From assembly GCA_965116015.1 (NCBI GenBank), contig OZ220477.1, forward strand, positions 985,076 through 1,049,075: a stretch of 64,000 nucleotides of DNA, given 5' to 3'. A program made the translations under genes and the position numbers. Positions 56,694 to 64,000 of the stretch are shown here, one piece after another. This stretch comes from Dehalococcoidia bacterium (GTDB lineage: Bacteria > Chloroflexota > Dehalococcoidia > Lucifugimonadales > Australimonadaceae). Numbering within the stretch: the first letter of the stretch is position 1; each line of letters opens with the position of its first letter. Below the pieces are notes generated by a model that did no database searches, had not been told where the DNA came from, and saw only the letters and a program-made list of their open reading frames with translations.

Positions 56694-59567
56694 TCAGGTG
56701 GCTTGTCGCTCTACGATGGCGGCTACGCTGGCAAGGGCGTCGTCGAGCTTGGAAGCGTCCTTGCCTCCGGCCTGCGCTAGCCGGGGTTGCCCGCCTCCGC
56801 CGCCGTCCATCCGCCTGGCGGCTTCCCGCACTATGGCTCCCGCGTCGAGGCCTCGGTCGACGAGGTCTTGCGTAACCATTGCGATGATTGCAGGCCGTCC
56901 ATTGAGCACGCTTCCTAACGCCACGACTGCCGAGCCTAGCTTGTCGCGCAGCCAGTCGCCTAGCGCTCTGAGTCCTTCGGGGCTGGCGGCGCTGCTCCGG
57001 GCCGCGAGGACGGTTACGCCGGCGACGGTTCGGGCCTGGGCGAGGAGCTCTTCCGCTTCCGCGCGCGACGTTTCGCGCCGGCCTCCCTGGACAGCGCGCT
57101 TCGCTTCTTCGACCTGCGCGAGGAGGGCGTCGACGCGCTGGGGGAGGTTGGGAGAAGCGACGCGGAGTTTGGCGGCGGCCTCATCCAGGACGCTCAGCCG
57201 CTGGGTGATCCACTCGTCGCTTCCGCGTCCTGTTACTGCCTCGATGCGCCGAACGCCGGCGCCGACGCTGCTCTCGGCGACGATGCGGAAGTCGCCGATC
57301 TGGCCGGTGCGGTCGAGGTGTGTTCCGCCGCAGACTTCGAAGCTTATGGGAGCGTCTTCGCCTATCTGTACGGTGCGGACGCGATCGCCGTAGCGTTCGC
57401 CGAAGAAGGCGAGGGCTCCGGTCGCGGTGGCGTCTCTGTAGGTCGTTTCGTTCTTCAGGAGCGGGAGGTCGCTGCGGATCGCCTCGTTGATGCGGCGTTC
57501 GATCTCGCGGAGCTCGCCGCGCTCGACAGCGGCGACGTGCGTGAAATCGAACCGCAGACGCTCAGGGGCGACGAGGGAGCCGGCTTGCCGCACGTGCGAG
57601 CCGAGCGCGTCGCGGAGGACAGCGTGGAGCAGGTGCGTGGCGGTGTGGTTGCGGGCTATGTCGAGCCGGCGATCGCGGTCGATCTCGGCGCGGACGGCGT
57701 CGCCGACGGCGATGGATCCGGAGTCGATCGTTGCGGTATGGACGATGAGGTCGGCCAGGGGTTTCTGCGCGTCGCAGACGCTGGCGGCGCCGCCCACCGA
57801 GACGATGCTGCCGGTGTCGCCGACCTGTCCGCCGCCCTCGGGGTAGAACGGTGTTTCGCGCAGGACAATCTCTACGGCGTCGCCCGCTGCGGCGGCTGGC
57901 ACTGAATCGCCGTTCTTGAAGATGCCGACGACGACGGCGCTGGCCTCGGCGCTGTCGTAGCCGAGGAAGGGGGTTTCGCGGACGCCGAGAGATTCGTAGA
58001 CGCGGAGGGCGTCGCGTCCGCCGCCGAAGTGGGCGGCAGTGCGGCCTCGCTCACGCTGCGCCTCCATCTCGCGGTCGAAGCCGTCGCGTGTTTCTTCTGT
58101 AACCTCCAGGTCATAATCGGGAGCCACTTCCATTGTTAGCTCTGCGGGAAAACCGTAGGTGTCCGCTAGGACGAAGACCTCGCGCCCCGTTAGCTGCATA
58201 GCTCGGTCGCGGGCTTCACGAAAGCGCTCTGTGTCCGCAGCCCACCACGCGTCGCCCTTGCCCAGAATCTCCTCGAAGTGGTCGACAACGCTCCGCTTCA
58301 AAGCTCGCGGAGCATCCGCCGATAGCAGTGTCGAGTCATGCATAGCCTCAAGCGGGACGCCGATGGCATTGGCGCTCTTGCCAGGGTCCTCCACTGTGCT
58401 CTTGAAGGTGTTTTTCAAGGAGCGCCTGAACGCAGAGATTCCCTCCAAGTACTCCCAAGCCTCGCTGAGCGTGCGAAGAAACCGCTCTTCCTCTTGCCCC
58501 GCAAGCTGCATCACCAGCGCCCCATGCTCCAACAACTCAGGGTATTGGCCGGACATCCTTTCGATTACTGCTTGAGCTGTCTTCGCCATGTAGCGCTCTG
58601 CAGGGTTCTTGAGGCGAGTCCTGGCGAAGTAGACTGCGCGGCGGATGACTCGGCGCAGCACGTAGCCTCGCCCTTCATTCGACGGGGTTACGCCATCAGC
58701 GATAAGGAAAGCCGCCGCGCGCGCGTGCTCCGTAACGATACGGATGGCCGAATCCACATCCGGGTCGTCGCCGTAGTTCTTCTTCGAAATCGCTTCGACG
58801 CGTTTGCGGACGGGCTCGAGCAGGTCTGTCTCGTAGGCTGAGGGAACGCCTTGCATAATGGCGGTGATGCGTTCGAGGCCCATTCCGGTGTCGATGCCGG
58901 GGGCGGGGAGGTTCGTGCGCGAGCCATCCTGCGCCTGGTGGAACTGGGGGAAGACGAGGTTCCAGATCTCGACGTAGCGGTTGGTGTCGTCGCCGGGTTT
59001 GGCGGCTGGGTCGAGGCTGGCGCCGAGGTCGTAGTGCAGCTCGCTCGACGGGCCGCATGCGCCTTCGTCGCCGGCAGGGCCCCAGAAGTTGTCTTTGTCG
59101 CCAAGCGCGATGATTCGGTGGTCCGGCACGGAGCTTTCTTCGATCCAGATGCGGCGCGCTTCGTCGTCGCTGTGGTGCACGGTTGCCCAGATGCGTTCAG
59201 GGGCGAGCTTGAGGATGTCGGTTACGAACTCCCAGGCCCACTTAATGGCATCGCGCTTGAAGTAGTCGCCGATGCTGAAGTTGCCGAGCATCTCGAACAT
59301 CGTGTGGTGGGTCGCGTCGCCCACGATGTCGATGTCGGTGGCGCGGAAGCACTTCTGGCAGGAGGTCATCCGGCGGCTTGGAGGCTCCTCGTCGCCGGCG
59401 TAGTAGGGCTTGAAGGGGGCCATTCCGGCGGACGTGAGCAGGAGGGTGGGGTCGCCGGCGGGAACGAGCGACGCGCTGGGCATAACGAGGTGGTTCTTCG
59501 CGGCGAAGAAGTCCAGGTACGCCTTGCGGATGTCGTCGCCTTTGGTTGGGAGAGCGTCGTTGGACAA
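56694..59567 (-). CDS. alaS: alanine--tRNA ligase with an internal insertion
   Basis: DPTLLLTSAGM, HHTMFEMLGNFS.GDYFK, IDTGMGLER, DTYGFP, NHTATHLLH, EVCGGTH, GGGGQPRLAQAGG. Confidence 0.97.
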   Translation of the reverse strand: MSNDALPTKGDDIRKAYLDFFAAKNHLVMPSASLVPAGDPTLLLTSAGMAPFKPYYAGDEEPPSRRMTSCQKCFRATDIDIVGDATHHTMFEMLGNFSIGDYFKRDAIKWAWEFVTDILKLAPERIWATVHHSDDEARRIWIEESSVPDHRIIALGDKDNFWGPAGDEGACGPSSELHYDLGASLDPAAKPGDDTNRYVEIWNLVFPQFHQAQDGSRTNLPAPGIDTGMGLERITAIMQGVPSAYETDLLEPVRKRVEAISKKNYGDDPDVDSAIRIVTEHARAAAFLIADGVTPSNEGRGYVLRRVIRRAVYFARTRLKNPAERYMAKTAQAVIERMSGQYPELLEHGALVMQLAGQEEERFLRTLSEAWEYLEGISAFRRSLKNTFKSTVEDPGKSANAIGVPLEAMHDSTLLSADAPRALKRSVVDHFEEILGKGDAWWAADTERFREARDRAMQLTGREVFVLADTYGFPAELTMEVAPDYDLEVTEETRDGFDREMEAQRERGRTAAHFGGGRDALRVYESLGVRETPFLGYDSAEASAVVVGIFKNGDSVPAAAAGDAVEIVLRETPFYPEGGGQVGDTGSIVSVGGAASVCDAQKPLADLIVHTATIDSGSIAVGDAVRAEIDRDRRLDIARNHTATHLLHAVLRDALGSHVRQAGSLVAPERLRFDFTHVAAVERGELREIERRINEAIRSDLPLLKNETTYRDATATGALAFFGERYGDRVRTVQIGEDAPISFEVCGGTHLDRTGQIGDFRIVAESSVGAGVRRIEAVTGRGSDEWITQRLSVLDEAAAKLRVASPNLPQRVDALLAQVEEAKRAVQGGRRETSRAEAEELLAQARTVAGVTVLAARSSAASPEGLRALGDWLRDKLGSAVVALGSVLNGRPAIIAMVTQDLVDRGLDAGAIVREAARRMDGGGGGQPRLAQAGGKDASKLDDALASVAAIVERQAT

Positions 59568-59665
59568 GGCAGTCCTCGCTGACGCCTGGCCTTGAGGGCA
59601 GGCGGGGCGGCGTTAGAGTTGGGGGCAGCAGGGAACGAGCCGCGAGCGCGCCGCGGTCTGCGAGC

Positions 59666-59695
59666 AGGATACGAACGCGCTCTCGGGAGTGTCAA
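59666..59695 (-). promoter_or_regulatory. putative sigma70 promoter of alaS
   Basis: TTGACA-18nt-TATCCT on the minus strand. Confidence 0.55.
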
Positions 59696-59764
59696 CGGCG
59701 GCGGGGGCGGGCTCCGGCTCCCGCTGGGCGGTTCCGAGCGTGCGGCGCGCAAGTCGGGCGGTCG

Positions 59765-59793
59765 TTGACGCTCCCTTAGCCCTATGGTAGTGT
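59765..59793 (+). promoter_or_regulatory. putative sigma70 promoter upstream of otsA
   Basis: TTGACG-17nt-TAGTGT with TG extended -10. Confidence 0.5.
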
Positions 59794-59936
59794 CGCGCTA
59801 TCCTCAGGGCGTTCCTGCGCCTGGCGGTTCTATGGCGCGCTTGACCTTCCGACAGAGGATCTCTTCTCCTAGCAGTGGAACTGCAATTACAGACGCGGGC
59901 TGTGCGCTCGCGGCGTAGCGCGCGGAGGTAGGGCGC

Positions 59937-61460
59937 GTGGTCGGCGCGTCGGAGGCCAGCCAGCGCCGCAACGCTCTCCGAGCGGTTGCGGACGAGCTCC
60001 TCAAGGGGCGCCGCCTGATACTGGCGTCCAATCGCGGGCCGATGGAGCATCACGTCTCGCCCAGCGGGGAGCTCCAGCCGCGCCGGGGGAGCGGGGGCGT
60101 CGTCACCGCGCTGAGCGGTCTCACCCGGTATGTGGACTTCACGTGGATAGCCTCCGCGATGGGCGAGGGCGACCGGCGCGCAGCGGCGGCGAGCGGCGGG
60201 AGGGCTATGCCGTCGCCGCTGCCCGGGCAGAAGGTTTCGGTGCGGTTCATCACTACGCCACGGCGGGCGTACCACAAGTACTACAACATTATCTGCAACC
60301 CTCTTTTGTGGTTCATTCAGCACTATATGTGGAGCTCGCCGTACACTCCGCGCATCGACGAAACCGTCTACGACGCTTGGGAGAACGGTTACGTGTACGT
60401 GAACCAGCAGTTCGCCGACGCTATCGTCGACGAGGCGGCGCAGTCGCCCCTTCGTCCGCTCGTGATGGTTCACGACTATCAGCTGTATCTCGTTCCAAAG
60501 ATGGTTCGGGAGCGGCTGCCCAACGCGCGGATTCATCAGTTCGTGCACATTCCGTGGGCGACGTCGAGCTACTGGGAGCTCCTTCCGGCGATGATCCGCA
60601 CGGCCATCTGCGAGAGCCTGTGCAGCGCCGATATCGTGGGGTTTCAGACGAGCCGGGATGTGCGCGCGTTCCTTGGGAGCTGCGATTCGTTCATCGACGA
60701 CGCGCAGGTGAACTATCAGGAGCGGATGGTTTCGCTGAACGGCCGCGTTACTTACGCGCGTTCGTACCCGATCTCTATCGAGGTGGACGAGGTGCGGCAG
60801 ATCGCCGCCTCTCCGCGCGCGGCGGAGTACGAGGAGCGCCTGAAGCCGCTGCTCGGAAAGCAGACTATCGTCCGAGTCGACCGGGCCGAGCCAAGCAAGA
60901 ATATCGTGCGGGGGTTCAGCGCGTACGAGACGCTGCTCGACCGCTATCCGGAGCTGCGCGGAGAGGTGCGTTTCCTTGCGTTTCTTGTGCCGTCGCGCAC
61001 GCATATCCGGCAGTATCAGCGCTACCTCGAGGAGGTCGACGCGGCCATCAAGCGCGTGAACGACCGCTTCGGAACTGACGATTGGACGCCGATTGAGGTG
61101 TTCTACGAGAACAATTACGTTCAGGCTATCGCCGCTATGCGGAGCTACGATGTGCTGCTGGTGAACGCGGTAATCGACGGGATGAACCTTGTGGCGAAAG
61201 AGGGCCCTGTCGTCAATCAGCGCAACGGGGCGCTTGTGCTGTCCGAGGCTGCCGGCGCCTACGAGCAGCTGAAGATAGGCGCTCTTCCCGTCGCCCCCGC
61301 CGACATCGAGGGGGCCACGCGCGCGCTCTACGAGGCGCTCACGATGCCTCCCGCCGAGCGGCGGCGGCGCGCCGCGCTCCTGACGGAGTCGATCGAGCGC
61401 GAGAACATCACGGAGTGGATCCGGCGTCAGCTGCAGGACATCGCGGCGCTTGATGGTTAG
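59937..61460 (+). CDS. otsA: trehalose-6-phosphate synthase
   Basis: ASNRGP, GGVVTAL, VHDYQL, FVHIPW, RVDRAEPSKNI.RG, DGMNLVAKE, LSEAAGA. Confidence 0.93.
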   Translation: MVGASEASQRRNALRAVADELLKGRRLILASNRGPMEHHVSPSGELQPRRGSGGVVTALSGLTRYVDFTWIASAMGEGDRRAAAASGGRAMPSPLPGQKVSVRFITTPRRAYHKYYNIICNPLLWFIQHYMWSSPYTPRIDETVYDAWENGYVYVNQQFADAIVDEAAQSPLRPLVMVHDYQLYLVPKMVRERLPNARIHQFVHIPWATSSYWELLPAMIRTAICESLCSADIVGFQTSRDVRAFLGSCDSFIDDAQVNYQERMVSLNGRVTYARSYPISIEVDEVRQIAASPRAAEYEERLKPLLGKQTIVRVDRAEPSKNIVRGFSAYETLLDRYPELRGEVRFLAFLVPSRTHIRQYQRYLEEVDAAIKRVNDRFGTDDWTPIEVFYENNYVQAIAAMRSYDVLLVNAVIDGMNLVAKEGPVVNQRNGALVLSEAAGAYEQLKIGALPVAPADIEGATRALYEALTMPPAERRRRAALLTESIERENITEWIRRQLQDIAALDG

Positions 61461-61496
61461 GGGTTGTGGGGAACAGTTGTTTAGGAGCAGGCAACA

Positions 61497-62960
61497 ATGA
61501 CCACGCAGCTATCTGCTGAAGTTCGCGTCGCCGCATTCATTGACGTGGACAACCTGGTGATATGCGCGCAAAATTCCGGCTTACCTTTCAACCTCAAGCT
61601 CATCTTGCAGCGTGTGCGCCAGGAAGGTCTCCTGATGTCGGCTCGAGCGTATGCCGACTGGACTAGCAACACTCTAAGGCCATTCATTGCCGATTTTCGC
61701 TCGCTTGCCGTCGAATTGATTGAACTTTCAACGATGATCTCTGCTAGCGAACACAAGAATACGGCCGATATGCAGCTTGCAGTCGACGCGCTAGAGATGG
61801 CGCTGTCGCCCTACAAACCTGTAGTAATCGTAATTGTTGGCGGCGACCGTGATTATGTCCCGCTTGTGCAAAAGCTGAAGCGGTACGGCGTTCGCGTCGT
61901 GGGCATCGGAGTCCGGGTTGGAGTTTCTCGCATACTCGCGCAAGCTTGCGATAGTTTTGTCTTCTATGACGATTTGTTGCCGCCAGATGAAGAAGACCTC
62001 GCGCCGCCAGCCGAGCCGGACCAGAGCAGCGCCTTCACGCTCATGCGAACGGCTATCGACGCTCTCGACTCCAGCGGCAAACCGGCTACTGGCGCCGCTG
62101 TCAAACAGATGATGCAGCAGCTCGACCCGACTTTCGATTTAGCCCGCTACAAGAGCCTTAAAGAACTGGCAACGGAGGCTCAGAGACTCGGTTTCGTCAA
62201 GGTTCACGCGCAGCCTGGCACCGATATGCTCCTAAGCGCCGGCGTCCAGAGGCCAGTCTCAAAGGGCCGTACTCGAACTGAGCGGGACTATGACTTTTCT
62301 TCGGCAGGCGCAGCCGCCGCAAGCTACCGCGCGATTCTCCAAGAGGCGCGAATCCCACTTTTATCTCGGGCTGTTCGAAATAGACTGATTGAGATGCTTG
62401 AGGCCGAAATAGCGGCATCGGACGATAGAGCGCTCTCTATGGACCAGATGAGGGACTTGGCGACGCAAGACGGCCATGCATTCCTGGCAGTGCAGAAGTT
62501 CCTTTATACGATGAATCTAGGAGAGTGCTTCCTGCCTTCCGGCGAGCGGCGCCCCCGTACTTTGGGCATACCGGGAGAAACCCATATACCAGTCTCGCTA
62601 GTTGGCGCAGTCAGCAGTATCGAACCGGCAATCCATCAGCGGTACATCCGAGTATTGGACAAGAAAGCTAGGTTAAATCCGGACGGCGTTTACGAACTGC
62701 TCTACGACGACTCGTTGCCCGTTAACGAATCAGAGCGCGAAGAGATTCTGAATCTGGTGACGGAGTGGTGCGATCAGATGCAGCCCCCTCCTCTTTTGTG
62801 TTGGCGCTGCGCGACGCAAGTCGCAGGACGCGTTTGTAGCCGCTTGCGAGTGAATCGCCGCGCAGGTCATCGCGTGGTCGTCGATGTGGCGCAAAGAGGC
62901 GAGCCCCCACGACCCCCCAACGACCCCTACAGGGCGGCGGCGAGCCAGTGGAGGAGCTGA
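61497..62960 (+). CDS. NYN-domain (LabA/DUF88) protein with OST-HTH/LOTUS-like region
   Basis: FIDVDN, RAYADW, KNTADMQLAVDA, GGDRDYVPL, ACDSFVFY, KQMMQQLDPTFD; lower GC. The true end may be TAG 62839 (see homopolymer finding). Confidence 0.85.
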   Translation: MTTQLSAEVRVAAFIDVDNLVICAQNSGLPFNLKLILQRVRQEGLLMSARAYADWTSNTLRPFIADFRSLAVELIELSTMISASEHKNTADMQLAVDALEMALSPYKPVVIVIVGGDRDYVPLVQKLKRYGVRVVGIGVRVGVSRILAQACDSFVFYDDLLPPDEEDLAPPAEPDQSSAFTLMRTAIDALDSSGKPATGAAVKQMMQQLDPTFDLARYKSLKELATEAQRLGFVKVHAQPGTDMLLSAGVQRPVSKGRTRTERDYDFSSAGAAAASYRAILQEARIPLLSRAVRNRLIEMLEAEIAASDDRALSMDQMRDLATQDGHAFLAVQKFLYTMNLGECFLPSGERRPRTLGIPGETHIPVSLVGAVSSIEPAIHQRYIRVLDKKARLNPDGVYELLYDDSLPVNESEREEILNLVTEWCDQMQPPPLLCWRCATQVAGRVCSRLRVNRRAGHRVVVDVAQRGEPPRPPNDPYRAAASQWRS

Positions 62961-63724
62961 CGCACGCCGCTTGGACCATCCACGGCGTAGTCCGCCACGT
63001 CTGTCAGGGCTGGCGGGGCGTCGGCGGCGAGGACGGCGACGCTTGCTCCGCGCACATCGCCGGCGGTTCGCATCTCGGCGATGGCGCGAAAGGCGTCGAC
63101 ATCTGTTAGGTCGTCGCCGATGGCCATCGCGGCGACGATGCCTTTTCTGCGGATGTAGGAGCGCACGGCCTGGCCCTTCGAGAGGGCGACCGGCGGGCGA
63201 ACTTCAACCAGCATCTTGCCGTCACGCACGCGCATACCGCTCGCCGCTCTGGCGGTGAAATCCAGGATCCGGCGGCGAGCGGCGGCCGGGTCGAGGGCGC
63301 GCCGGTAGTGGATGGAGAGCGTAGGGCCTTTGTCTTCGACGAGGACTCCCTCCAGTGCCGCTTCTCTGTGCGCCCTGCGGGCAATCTCGCGGATGCGGGG
63401 CGCGTATGGGAGCGCCGCCGGCTCGATCCAGCGGACGCTATCCTCGAGCCATTCAGTCCCGTGATTCCCCGAGTATGCGATGTTGTCGAGGGCAACCATA
63501 TCCCGGGCCTGCTCGACTGCGCGTCCGGTGATGGCGACGACCGCGATCTTGCCGGCGAGGCGGGCGAGCGCGTCGCGCGTGTCTTCGGGGACGGCGGCCC
63601 TGGCGGGGTCGTCGTGGATCGGCGCAAGTGTGCCGTCGATGTCGGTGAAGAGTCCCGCCGGGCTGCGCCGCATCAGGTCGAGGGCTTGCTGCGGGTTGCG
63701 GAGGATGTCTGGCGGACGGCTCAC
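62927..63724 (-). CDS. otsB: trehalose-6-phosphate phosphatase
   Basis: TDIDGTLAPI, ITGR, GNHG.E, EDKG...IHYR, EVRPP, SKG.A, GDDLTD.DAF. Confidence 0.93.
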   Translation of the reverse strand: MSRPPDILRNPQQALDLMRRSPAGLFTDIDGTLAPIHDDPARAAVPEDTRDALARLAGKIAVVAITGRAVEQARDMVALDNIAYSGNHGTEWLEDSVRWIEPAALPYAPRIREIARRAHREAALEGVLVEDKGPTLSIHYRRALDPAAARRRILDFTARAASGMRVRDGKMLVEVRPPVALSKGQAVRSYIRRKGIVAAMAIGDDLTDVDAFRAIAEMRTAGDVRGASVAVLAADAPPALTDVADYAVDGPSGVRQLLHWLAAAL

Positions 63725-64000
63725 GGGACGGCCTGGGAGGCGGCAGGATTTGGCGGGGGCTGTCCAGCCGGGTAGACGAGCTTCCGCACAGGGTAGTTGA
63801 TCTCGATGCCCTCTTCCCTGAAGCGAGCGTGCAGCCTCTTGATGAGGTCGTTCGTGACGATGAACGAGCCGATGCGGTCGGTGGCCTGGAGGAAGACCCA
63901 GAATTCTACGTTCGAGTCGCCGAAGCGCTCGAAGCCGAACCAGGGCTCCTCGTCTTTCACGGAGGCGTCATTCGCGGCGATCGTTTCGCGGCAAACATCG
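63721..64000 (-). CDS. MscS mechanosensitive channel, C-terminal part
   Basis: FERFGDSNVEF...F.EEGIEINYP.R; frame continues off the right edge. Confidence 0.8.
   Translation of the reverse strand, partial: DVCRETIAANDASVKDEEPWFGFERFGDSNVEFWVFLQATDRIGSFIVTNDLIKRLHARFREEGIEINYPVRKLVYPAGQPPPNPAASQAVP

Noticed and set aside
58200-58440. Intein in alaS
   Set aside because: No N-terminal Cys/Ser block or C-terminal His-Asn, and too short.
59568-59665. T-box leader for alaS
   Set aside because: No T-box consensus (GGTGGNACCGCG) or terminator seen, and the leader is too short.
1-64000. tRNA, rRNA, integrase, IS or prophage
   Set aside because: None recognised by eye in the intergenic regions or ORFs; a covariance-model search was not possible.

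Overview
High-GC bacterial chromosomal window. Gene content (LLM oxidoreductase, paired CaiB CoA-transferases and acyl-CoA dehydrogenases, several CoxL-like Mo-hydroxylases, aroK-aroB fusion, thrC-NIL-MoaD) suggests Chloroflexota/Dehalococcoidia, SAR202-like; this taxonomy is inference only. In order: a partial low-GC DEAH helicase; a minus-strand catabolic block (UbiD, ACT protein, PLP histidine-type decarboxylase, CoxG/S/L/M-like, LLM, hydrolase, sulfite-oxidase-family enzyme); a second CoxM/S/L-like operon; sufBCDSU; ybjQ, mutS2, coaE; a CbbQ/NorQ-Nudix-CbbO/NorD cluster; a type IIG-like R-M gene; ACAD and CoA-transferase pairs; an aminotransferase; a frameshifted metalloprotease lipoprotein; thrC-like/NIL/MoaD; a peroxiredoxin-like selenoprotein; a type III-like R-M operon; aroKB, aroC; a Rieske oxygenase; DUF429, ruvX, alaS, otsA, NYN, otsB and a partial mscS. 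Main observation: both restriction-modification methyltransferase genes are broken by one in-frame TAG located at the apex of a perfect 20-23 bp inverted repeat, and flipping only the 3-7 nt loop restores the full ORF in each. This is a candidate recombinase-free micro-inversion ON/OFF switch for defence genes, although one-off template switching or an assembly artefact is not excluded. Also notable: an unannotated 8-Cys leader peptide with a terminator upstream of the sulfite-oxidase-like gene, and a UGA/SECIS selenoprotein.
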